DNA of 64,000 nucleotides. It comes from an uncultured bacterium. GTDB taxonomy: Bacteria > Krumholzibacteriota > Krumholzibacteriia > LZORAL124-64-63. Location of the stretch: the NCBI GenBank assembly GCA_963732385.1, contig CAVSZB010000005.1:369922-433921 (forward strand). The letters run 5' to 3'. Below, one piece after another: positions 30,698 through 41,306 of this stretch. Every line of letters begins with the position of its first letter. The first letter of the stretch is position 1. The notes beneath the pieces are model-generated. The model was not told the origin of the DNA, made no database searches, and saw only the letters and a program-made list of their open reading frames with translations. The position numbers were made by a program, and so were the translations under genes.

Positions 30698-32007
30698 TGT
30701 CCCTACTAGAAACTCCGTCCGCCTTGTCCCCGCGGCGGTTACCGCCCCTTGCCGGTGCTTCATCGTTCGCCCATCCTGCCGATAGCCCCCGGATGATTCC
30801 CCTCATCCTGGCCACCCTGCGCGACCTGATCCGCCCGCGGCACGATCTGATCCTCGAGAACCTCGCCCTGCGCCAGCAGCTCCTCGTGCTCGAGCGCTCC
30901 GGCGCCCGCCCCCGGCTCCGCGCCGCCGACAAGGCGTTCTGGGTCGCGCTCTCCCGTTGCTGGCGCCACTGGCGCCGACCCCTGCGCCTCGTCAAGCCGT
31001 CCACCGTGATCGCCTGGCACCGGAAGGGCTGGCGCCTCTACTGGCGCTGGAAATCCCGAGCAGGCAAGGGCGGGCGCCCCGGCATCCCGATCACGACCAT
31101 CGACCTGATCCGCAGGATGTCCCACGACAATCCGCTCTGGGGCGCCCCCCGCATCCACGGCGAACTGCTGATGCTCGGCATCAACGTGAGCGAAGCGACC
31201 GTGGCGAAGTACATGATCAAACGCGGGAAGCCGCCGTCACAGAATTGGCAGACCTTCATCCGCAACCATCTGCCCGACATCGTCGCCATCGACTTCCTCA
31301 CCGTCCCGACCGTGACCTTCGGCACCTTCTACGTGCTGATCTTCCTCTCCCTCGACCGCCGGAGGATCATCCACTTCAACGTGACCGACGCCCCCTCCGC
31401 ACTCTGGACAAGCCTGCAACTGATCCAGGCCTTCCCCTTCGACACCGCCCCCCGCTTCATCGTCCGTGACCGCGACAGCATCTACGGCGCCGTCGTGAAG
31501 GCAACGATCAAGCAGATCGGCAGCACGCAGAAGGTGATCTCCCGTCGCTCCCCCTGGCAGAACGGCTACTGCGAGCGCATGGTCGGCACCATCAAACGCG
31601 AATGCCTCGATCACATGATCGTCCTCGACGAGTTCCACCTGCGCCGCGTGCTGAAGGATTACTTCAAGTACTACCACGAGGTCCGGACGCACCTTGGCCT
31701 GGACAAGGACGCGCCGATCCCCCGCGAGATCGAGCCCCCGGAACGCGGCCCCGTCCGATCAGAGCCGATGGTGCGCGGCCTGCACCATCGCTACTTCCGC
31801 AAAGCGGCCTGACGGAGAAGCAATGGGCGCCAGCCACCGCGGGGGATGGGTCTGCCCGGCAGCCGGGAGGGCGGCGCACGAAGGGCGCGCGCCGCCTGAC
31901 AAGTCGGCGTATCGAAGCTCTTGACCGGGCCTGTCATGCGATCGAGAATCACGATCCGGCGGTGCCGGCTCGCAGATCGAGGTGCGTGGAGGTTTTTGGT
32001 AGGGACA
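30698..32007 (+). mobile_element. Complete IS481-like element (1310 bp)
   Basis: Terminal inverted repeats TGTCCCTACTAGAAACTCC ... GGAGGTTTTTGGTAGGGACA enclosing one transposase gene. No clear target duplication. Confidence 0.8.
30793..31812 (+). CDS. Integrase core domain (rve) DDE transposase
   Basis: NPLWGAPRIHGEL, AIDFLTV (D), VRDRDSIY (D), SPWQNGYCERMVGTIKRECLDH (E). Confidence 0.92.
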   Translation: MIPLILATLRDLIRPRHDLILENLALRQQLLVLERSGARPRLRAADKAFWVALSRCWRHWRRPLRLVKPSTVIAWHRKGWRLYWRWKSRAGKGGRPGIPITTIDLIRRMSHDNPLWGAPRIHGELLMLGINVSEATVAKYMIKRGKPPSQNWQTFIRNHLPDIVAIDFLTVPTVTFGTFYVLIFLSLDRRRIIHFNVTDAPSALWTSLQLIQAFPFDTAPRFIVRDRDSIYGAVVKATIKQIGSTQKVISRRSPWQNGYCERMVGTIKRECLDHMIVLDEFHLRRVLKDYFKYYHEVRTHLGLDKDAPIPREIEPPERGPVRSEPMVRGLHHRYFRKAA

Positions 32008-32120
32008 GGGCAATGACTGCAATCACGAGGCTCGCGATACCCATGAAAACATCCACCCCCTATCTCTCGTCCACCTACCGCGAAGCGGGCAGCACCTGAT
32101 GGTCGAACCCACCGCCCCGC

Positions 32121-32320
32121 TCACCGCACGAGACTCAACCTCACCCCCTCCACCTTCCCCCCCGCGACCAGTCGGGCCAGGTAGCTGCCCGAGGGCGCGG
32201 CCCGACCTGACGCATCTCTGCCGTCCCAAACCGCCTCGTGGCTCCCCGCGGGGATTTCCCCCTCTACGAGGACCCGGACGAGTCGGCCGGCGAGGTCGTA
32301 GACGGCGCGGCGGACCGCTC
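32121..32320 (-). pseudogene. Orphan FlgD C-terminal module without its N-terminal gene
   Basis: AVYDLAGRLVRVLVEGE...[20 protein letters not shown] directly after the stop of the porin gene. Confidence 0.8.
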
Positions 32321-32335
32321 CCGATCTCGGCGCGC

Positions 32336-33049
32336 TTAGAAAAGGACGCCCGTCATTACTGCCAGACCCCGGTCGTGCAACACGAACCAGGCAGTACGGT
32401 TGATGTCCTGCAGCCCCCATTGGTAGCGCGCCTCGACGAGCAGGGCGGTCGCGCCGATGTTCACCTCCGCCCCCACACCCAATAGAAATGATCCGCTCGT
32501 TGGGGCTGGGGCGTTCAGGATCTGGTTTGGGTAGTACCAGAGTGAGCGGTCATATGGATACCAATAATCACTCTGGTTGTAGGTCACGGAGTATTCCTCA
32601 GACCGTGACAGCAGAACCCCGAAGGTCGGTCCCGCCAGCCAATAGACATCTGACCCGATCGGACGAAATTTCGCCAGAACAGCGAGCTCAAGGTAGCTCC
32701 GCCGGGCATCCTGGTAGACGGGTATAGATGAAGGGATCCCTTGGTAGTAGGCCGACCCAACGTTGATGCGGCGCGCCCCCAGTTCGTGGTAGAGCATCTC
32801 GCCCCGCACCGCGAACACAGGGTTCGTCGGCACATCCAACTGCAATCCGGCGACGAGACCCGGCCGCGTCTCGGTGCCGTGAGCATCTCCGGTGACGCGC
32901 GAGAAGCTTACCCCACCCTTCACGGCGAACAGAGCATCCGGTAGAGTTGCGGAGACCAGCGCCGAGGTGGACATCGCCAAAACCGGGGTCAGGAGAATCA
33001 GGCACGCCAAGAGCGCACTCGACAGCAACTGGCTGCGAACAACGGGCAT
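32336..33049 (-). CDS. Porin-family outer membrane beta-barrel protein
   Basis: Signal peptide, VKGGVSFS, GEMLYHELG, SYLELAVLAKF, VEARYQWGL, C-terminal F. Confidence 0.8.
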   Translation of the reverse strand: MPVVRSQLLSSALLACLILLTPVLAMSTSALVSATLPDALFAVKGGVSFSRVTGDAHGTETRPGLVAGLQLDVPTNPVFAVRGEMLYHELGARRINVGSAYYQGIPSSIPVYQDARRSYLELAVLAKFRPIGSDVYWLAGPTFGVLLSRSEEYSVTYNQSDYWYPYDRSLWYYPNQILNAPAPTSGSFLLGVGAEVNIGATALLVEARYQWGLQDINRTAWFVLHDRGLAVMTGVLF

Positions 33050-33476
33050 GCCAAGCTCCCCGCCGGCGGATTCATCGCGCGGTCATCAAGTGGGGCGAGG
33101 CCCCCATGCTACCAGACTTCTTCCCCCAGCGAGCGGGAGATTTTGGAGCGCGGACGGAAGCGGTCACGTAGCTGCTTGGGGACGGCCATTTGGGCGGGCG
33201 GGTCAGATAGAGCAAAGCCGGGCGCGTAGCCGTTGCTTTCGCCGCCAGACTGCTTCCATAAGTGACCTCGCCTCCGGCGGCAACCGCGGGCCGGAGTCAT
33301 TTAGGGTTCGAATCCCCGGGCGACTTGGGGTCGGTCAACTGCGACGGAAGCACCGGCGGCCCGAGTCCAGTAGGAAGAAACCCCCGGGACAGATCCCCCC
33401 CGCGCTGGTCGATTCGGGGCGGGGAGAGTACAATCGCCGGGCTGCCTGGCTTGCCGCTTACTGTGGAGGTGCCGCG

Positions 33477-34187
33477 ATGATATTGAGGTGGTTCTGCGCT
33501 GCGGGCGTTGTGACCGCACTTTGCGTGAATCCAGTGCAGGCTACTGAACCCATCTCCATGGAAGCCGTCGTGGGGCCGTTCGGCGCACGGCTGGTCGCGT
33601 TCACGGTCGATGTCGCGGATGCGCCGGCCGTGCTGGCTGGCTTTGATGTGCAGCGGCGCACCCTGATGGAGTGCGGTTCGGAGGTGAGGCTGAACGCCGA
33701 AATGCTCGCTCGGCCCGAGTCGGGGCAGGCGCGCTTCACTCTGGTGGACGCGACCGCAGTGCCGGACTTGTTCTACGAGTACCGAGTCTTCTTCGTGGAC
33801 GCCCAGCGCCAGCCTCTCGATCCCTGCACGTTGTATGATTGCACCAGCTACCAATACTATTACATTTCCTGCACGGACAGGGTTCTCGCCAGCTCGGGCA
33901 CCAGCGTCTATGCCCACACGGCGGTGTTCCATGGGGGCGGCCTGATGTTGCCCGGGATCCCCTGTCCTGGCTCCTGCGGAATTCACGTGGTAATCGAATC
34001 GTGGCCCCCCGAGCTGGACGCCTACGCTGACACGGGACAGCCTGTGCGCTTGATTGGGTACCTCTCCTATGTGTACGGCGGGGTCGAAGGGTGCTGGATG
34101 GCGTATGTGACGTCCTTCGAAGTGCAGGATTGCGCCGTGTCGTCTGCGGAGACTTCGTGGGGCGCGGTGAAAAGCACCTACCGATGA
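33477..34187 (+). CDS. Cys-rich secreted protein with C-terminal SWGAVKSTYR tail
   Basis: GGAGG RBS, signal peptide, ends AVSSAETSWGAVKSTYR. Confidence 0.78.
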   Translation: MILRWFCAAGVVTALCVNPVQATEPISMEAVVGPFGARLVAFTVDVADAPAVLAGFDVQRRTLMECGSEVRLNAEMLARPESGQARFTLVDATAVPDLFYEYRVFFVDAQRQPLDPCTLYDCTSYQYYYISCTDRVLASSGTSVYAHTAVFHGGGLMLPGIPCPGSCGIHVVIESWPPELDAYADTGQPVRLIGYLSYVYGGVEGCWMAYVTSFEVQDCAVSSAETSWGAVKSTYR

Positions 34188-34619
34188 GCCTAGACGTCAT
34201 GCAGCCCCAGTAACCAGGCGAGGTCGTCGCTTCTTCCCCCAAGCCGCTTCGCCTATCGGATGTCGGCTCTGACGGCGACCGCACCTTGGGGCAAGTAATA
34301 GTTGGCCGCGCCGCTCGAGACCCGCGGCACCCCCTGGGAAGCCAGTCGCGCCGACTTTGATGTTTCAGGGGTTAACAGCCGAACGGGGTCCGCTGTTAAC
34401 CAGAATGGCCAAAACGCCGTTTTGGAGACTTCGAGACGCTTTCCGCCCCCACCGAGTGATACCCAAGACCTCTCTCCGCGTCTCTCTTCTCCGCCGCCCG
34501 CCGCCCCGAATCCCACCCTCGTAAGTGACTGCCACCACGCCACAAACAGCAGCCCCGATCCATCACAGACCGGGGCGACCGTCAACTTCTCTGCAAGTCG
34601 TTGCTACGCTGGAAGTTGT

Positions 34620-34694
34620 TGGCTCCCCGGGCTGGACTCGAACCAGCAACCCTTCGGTTAACAGCCGAATGCTCTACCATTGAGCTACCGAGGA
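34620..34694 (-). tRNA. tRNA-Asn (GTT)
   Basis: TCCTCGGTAGCTCAATGGTAGAGCATTCGGCTGTTAACCGAAGGGTTGCTGGTTCGAGTCCAGCCCGGGGAGCCA: cloverleaf, GTT anticodon, CCA end. Confidence 0.97.
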
Positions 34695-34775
34695 GCCTGT
34701 ATTCGAGGCCCGGGCGATGTCCGGGCCGTTTTTTTGGCCGCGACGGTCGAGTGCCGGGCGGCTAAGCAGGGTGGG

Positions 34776-34804
34776 AATATACCGGAAGGGGTGGGGGGTG
34801 TCAA
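34776..34804 (-). promoter_or_regulatory. Sigma-70 promoter of tRNA-Asn
   Basis: TTGACA-17 nt-TATATT, about 80 nt upstream of the tRNA. Confidence 0.75.
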
Positions 34805-34918
34805 GATGGGGGGCGGGAGGGGAAGTTGGGGAGAGCGGGCGGTTTGGGGGTTGCCCGCGCTTCATGATTTGGGGGGGGCGGGGCGGCCTGGGGCCGCCCG
34901 GTTCCTGGTGCTTGAGGG

Positions 34919-37522
<2,604 letters not shown>

Positions 37523-37547
37523 GATCAACCTCCCTTCGGCGACGTCG

Positions 37548-37970
37548 TTAGCGGTGCAGGAACCAGGTTTCGATGACGAACCACAGGGACGCCAGCCCGC
37601 TGAACCGGGCACGTTGAGGCGCGTACGCACAGACTGTCGATTCGGGATCGTCGGCGGGCGAAGCAAGCGATGGTGCGGTCGACTCGGTCAACATTACGGC
37701 CGGCTGGGGATCGGCGATGACGAGGACCGACATCAGGGTCGGTGAATCCCGGTGGTCGCCATCATCCGGGTCGCCGGAGCTTGCGCCAGGGGCGATGCAA
37801 ATATTGAGTCTTGCCTCTGCGGGCGAAGCGGCGAAAAACGGCAGCAGGGCGGCCAGGAACAGAGAGGCACGTATCAACGCGGCCGGCGTCGCGGGCAGGA
37901 AGGCAAGCAGAGAATCGCCGGCGCGGCGCTCCCCGCGAAAGGGGCGGTGACAGGCATGGGTGTCCGGCAT
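37548..37970 (-). CDS. Small exported protein with GDPDDG motif and hydrophobic C-terminus
   Basis: GAGG RBS, hydrophobic stretch ending AEA (signal peptidase I site), SGDPDDGDH, tail [15 protein letters not shown]. Ends 25 nt before the regulator. Confidence 0.55.
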   Translation of the reverse strand: MPDTHACHRPFRGERRAGDSLLAFLPATPAALIRASLFLAALLPFFAASPAEARLNICIAPGASSGDPDDGDHRDSPTLMSVLVIADPQPAVMLTESTAPSLASPADDPESTVCAYAPQRARFSGLASLWFVIETWFLHR

Positions 37971-38118
37971 GATGACCTCGCTCTTGCGGGAGGACGTGAC
38001 GTCGCACACATCCCTGAGTCCGCCGGAAATGGGCGTACCATTACCCGGCGAGGAATGGGATGTGAAGAGTCCTCACGGGAGGAGGGGGCCTGGCCGGAGC
38101 CCGACGTGAGAGGTAATA

Positions 38119-38148
38119 ATTGTGACACAAAATGCATGACCGTGTCAA
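38119..38148 (-). promoter_or_regulatory. Sigma-70-like promoter for the small protein and TPR regulator
   Basis: TTGACA-18 nt-CACAAT in an AT-rich patch. Confidence 0.6.
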
Positions 38149-38174
38149 CCGGGCCTGTCCTCGCGACGGCGCGG

Positions 38175-39650
38175 CTACAGTTCCAGTTCGAGCTGCACCT
38201 GCCAGGGACGATCGGCCTGGCCGTTCATTACCGGCCTGGCGAAGTAGAGACGCAGGTTGCCCTGGCCCCCCGCACCGAGAAGGCGACCGAAGCCGAACCC
38301 GGCGTCGGCGCGCCAGCCCGTCACTCCCTCCGGCGGAGCAGGCAGGCCGGCGGCTTCGGCGCGACCGAAGTCGGCGAAAATGATCGGCTGCAGGCGCAGG
38401 TCGCCCAGCAGCGGCACGCGCAGCGCGTGGAGCGGATCGCAGCCGGCGCGCGCGTCGATGGCGGCCAGCAGACCGCGATCTCCGGCCAGCTCGCGGGCCG
38501 GATAGCCGCGCAGACTGTTCGAGCCGCCCAGGAAGGTCTTCCACTGCAGCGGGGCGACGCGGTCCACGCCACTCCAGGCCACGCGCGCCACGAACTCGTT
38601 GCCGTGGCGGTCGAGCCAGCTGCCGCGCGCGCGGGCGGCCAGCCGCAGGAAATCGCGTCGGTCCGGTTCGTCGCCGGCCGGGAAATCGAGGGCGGCGCCG
38701 GCGGCACTGTGCCACTCGGCGCGAGTATCGACCCCGAGGCGTGAACCGTTCCAGGCGAGGCCGGCGGTCAGGGCGCGCGAGTCGAGCGGCGCGGCGGCCC
38801 AGTTGAGCGGCACGCGGCCGGTCTCGCCGGACAGATTCCAGGTCGTGGCCACATCCAGCGCACGGTGCCGCTCCCGCAGCGCCCCCACCCGCGCCTCGAG
38901 CTGTCGCACCGGACACCACGTCACCGCCGCCTCCCCCCAGCGCCGGGCGTGGTACATGGCTGGATCCGCGCCCGACAGGATGGCGTCGAGCGTGCGAACC
39001 AGACTGGCGTTCCCGGCGAACGACGTGACGCCGTCGCCGCCCGCCACCGAGAGCGCCCAGCTGGTCCAGGGGCGGCGGGGCGGCCGGTCGGGACGCTCCA
39101 CCGGACGCGCTGCCGCCAGCGGCCACGCCACGGCCGCGTTCCACACCACCCGCCGGCGCGCGATCCCGTAGCCGGCGCCCAGCGTGATGACGGCCCCCTG
39201 CCGTCCGAGCCGCCGCAACACCGCCCCCGACGCCGGCCGCCACCCCTCGCAGCGGTTGAAACCGGTGCCGGCGAGCGGGCGCAGCGCCAGTTTCCAGCGG
39301 CGTCCGCCGAGCAGCGCGGCCAGCTCCCGGTCGCCTACCGAGGAGAGCGAGTCGAGGGTGGCCTCGTCGAGGCCGGACTCGAGCAGGTCGGGGGTGAGCG
39401 GCTCGTACCAGGCGTCGTCGAGCCGGCGCCACCAGGCGTTCAGCGAATCGATGGCCGCCTCGTCGAGCGCGCGACGCAAAGAGTCGGCCGCGGCGGAATC
39501 CGCCATCGCCGACGCGCTCAGGAGGGGAACCCGCTCCGGCAATGGCGCGTTGGGCGCCTCCTGGTCGCCATTTTGGGCGCGGGCGAACCCGCCGACCGGC
39601 AGGCCGGCGAGCGCCAGGACCAGTGCGCAGACGATACCGGGCCGCCTCAT
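38175..39650 (-). CDS. Outer membrane beta-barrel protein (DUF5686 C-half / BamA-TamA-like)
   Basis: Signal peptide, GFNRCEG, FLGGSNSLRGY (Omp85 lid-like), ADAGFGFG. Confidence 0.65.
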   Translation of the reverse strand: MRRPGIVCALVLALAGLPVGGFARAQNGDQEAPNAPLPERVPLLSASAMADSAAADSLRRALDEAAIDSLNAWWRRLDDAWYEPLTPDLLESGLDEATLDSLSSVGDRELAALLGGRRWKLALRPLAGTGFNRCEGWRPASGAVLRRLGRQGAVITLGAGYGIARRRVVWNAAVAWPLAAARPVERPDRPPRRPWTSWALSVAGGDGVTSFAGNASLVRTLDAILSGADPAMYHARRWGEAAVTWCPVRQLEARVGALRERHRALDVATTWNLSGETGRVPLNWAAAPLDSRALTAGLAWNGSRLGVDTRAEWHSAAGAALDFPAGDEPDRRDFLRLAARARGSWLDRHGNEFVARVAWSGVDRVAPLQWKTFLGGSNSLRGYPARELAGDRGLLAAIDARAGCDPLHALRVPLLGDLRLQPIIFADFGRAEAAGLPAPPEGVTGWRADAGFGFGRLLGAGGQGNLRLYFARPVMNGQADRPWQVQLELEL

Positions 39651-40615
39651 CGCGCTCCTCCCCCGTCCGCGGTCGCGTCGTCGCCGTACGCCACCCCGCC
39701 GATGACGTGGTCGCGAGTGCGCACGAACAGCTCGACCTCGTCCGGCAGCCCCGGCCAGCCGCCGCGCAATACGATCTTCGCCATCACGTCCGCCACGACC
39801 CAGAAGTCCCCCTTCGCCACCCGGCGAATCTTGAACCACGGGATCGCCTTCACGAACAGCGGCAGCGGCGCCCCCTCGGTCATGCCGGCCTCGAGACGCC
39901 GGATGACGAAATCGCTGTAGTCGATCCAGACCGTGCCCGACGGCAGCCCCTTGAAGCGGCTCCTGGGCGTGAAGCGGATCGTGTAGACGAGATGAGCGCC
40001 GAAAAGATCGCGCGACAGAACCGTGTAGTTGTACTGGTCGGCCCCCTCGAGCGTGAAGGGGATGGCCGATGTGGCGTCGGAGATCTGCTCCCAGTCGCTC
40101 TCCACGTCGTCGTCGGTCTTCTCCTTCTCGAGACGGCCGCCGCGATATTTGCGCTCGACCTGCCGCACCCGCACCCGCTGGAAGGCGCCGTCGCGCCGCA
40201 CCGCGAGGCGCTCGACCTGCTCGTATTCGGTGCGGTCTTCGTCGCGACCGCCGTGCTCGCGCGCGACCACCCGCGTGACCTGGGTCCAGGCGTGATCGCC
40301 CATGCGCGCCTCGTCGGCGGCCATCCGCTCGCCGATGCGGCGCACCACCTCGGCCACGCCGATCCGCGGCGCGTCGACCAGGACCGTGTCGAGCGTGCCG
40401 GCGGCGAAGGCGAACGTGTCCTCCTCGGCCAGGAATATGCCGTAACCCTCTTTCAGCGCCTCGTCAGGATCGATGAACCAGGGGTCGACCTCGGTGCCGC
40501 TGCCGCCCGCAGCGGCCGTGGTGTCGGCCGGGACGGGGTCGGCAGCCGCGGCGCCCGCGGCGAGCAGGAGCGCGAGAACCGGTGCGGCGAGACACCGGGA
40601 CCGGAGCGAAAGCAT
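39647..40615 (-). CDS. Exported protein (DUF5686 N-half / LolA-like fold)
   Basis: GGAGG RBS, signal peptide, YNYTVL...VYTIRFTPR...GTVWIDYSDFVIRR. Overlaps the next gene by ATGA. Confidence 0.65.
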   Translation of the reverse strand: MLSLRSRCLAAPVLALLLAAGAAAADPVPADTTAAAGGSGTEVDPWFIDPDEALKEGYGIFLAEEDTFAFAAGTLDTVLVDAPRIGVAEVVRRIGERMAADEARMGDHAWTQVTRVVAREHGGRDEDRTEYEQVERLAVRRDGAFQRVRVRQVERKYRGGRLEKEKTDDDVESDWEQISDATSAIPFTLEGADQYNYTVLSRDLFGAHLVYTIRFTPRSRFKGLPSGTVWIDYSDFVIRRLEAGMTEGAPLPLFVKAIPWFKIRRVAKGDFWVVADVMAKIVLRGGWPGLPDEVELFVRTRDHVIGGVAYGDDATADGGGAR

Positions 40616-40616
40616 C

Positions 40617-41306
40617 CTACCTCCTGTCGCTGGAACGGAACACGGCGCACAGCAGCCGGGCGCTCTTACCCAAAACCGCGCGGACCGGTTCCCGCGCGGC
40701 GCGCGCCACGGCAAGGTCGGAGCCGGGAAGCGGCAGGGCGGCGGCCAGGAGCCAGAGCGGCGGCACGAGCGCCGGAGCCCACGCAGCGTAGTCCGCGCCA
40801 GGCGGCGTCGGCAACAGATTGCACACCGCCAGCGGCAGGGAAACGCCCAGCAGGCCGGCGATCCCGGCCGCGAGAGGCCCGGCCAGTGCCGCCGTCGCCG
40901 CCGCCCGGGGCGCCAGCGGCGGCCGGATCCGCGCCGCGGCCAGCAGCGGAAACCGGGTCACCAGCGCCAGGCGGGCGTGCGGGGCGAGGCGGGCCGCGAC
41001 CGCCAGGTGAGCCGTCTCCTCCACCGACACGAGCAGCGCGCAGACCGGCACCGTGGCGGCCGCCCCCCACGGCACGACGCCGGCCAGCGCCGCGCAAGTC
41101 ACCCCGCTCAGCGCCGGACCCCAGCTGCGCAACACGAGCCGCGCCACGTCGGGCCAGCCGCGGCGCGGCGTGAACAGCACCCCGACCGGCCATACCCACT
41201 CCGTCTCGCGGCGCGCCGCTGTCCACCACGCCTGCACCCGCGCCCGCGTCACGCGCGCCGCCCGCGCCGCCCGCGCCGGCCGCGGGATCAGTACCAGTCG
41301 CGCCAC
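40617..41306 (-). CDS. Site-2 protease (M50)-like intramembrane metalloprotease
   Basis: TM helices, EETAH (HExxH variant), ALAGPLA, NLLPTPPGAD (NxxPxxxxD). Start uncertain. Confidence 0.6.
   Translation of the reverse strand: MARLVLIPRPARAARAARVTRARVQAWWTAARRETEWVWPVGVLFTPRRGWPDVARLVLRSWGPALSGVTCAALAGVVPWGAAATVPVCALLVSVEETAHLAVAARLAPHARLALVTRFPLLAAARIRPPLAPRAAATAALAGPLAAGIAGLLGVSLPLAVCNLLPTPPGADYAAWAPALVPPLWLLAAALPLPGSDLAVARAAREPVRAVLGKSARLLCAVFRSSDRR

Noticed and set aside
19641..32320. Diversity-generating retroelement (template/variable repeat) for the repeated FlgD tails
   Set aside because: No reverse transcriptase in the window, and differences between copies do not look confined to adenines.
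11792..34620. CRISPR array or integron cassette array as explanation of the repeats
   Set aside because: Repeats are kilobases apart with no regular spacers, no cas or intI gene is present, and isolated GCCTAAC/GTTAG words do not form paired attC boxes.
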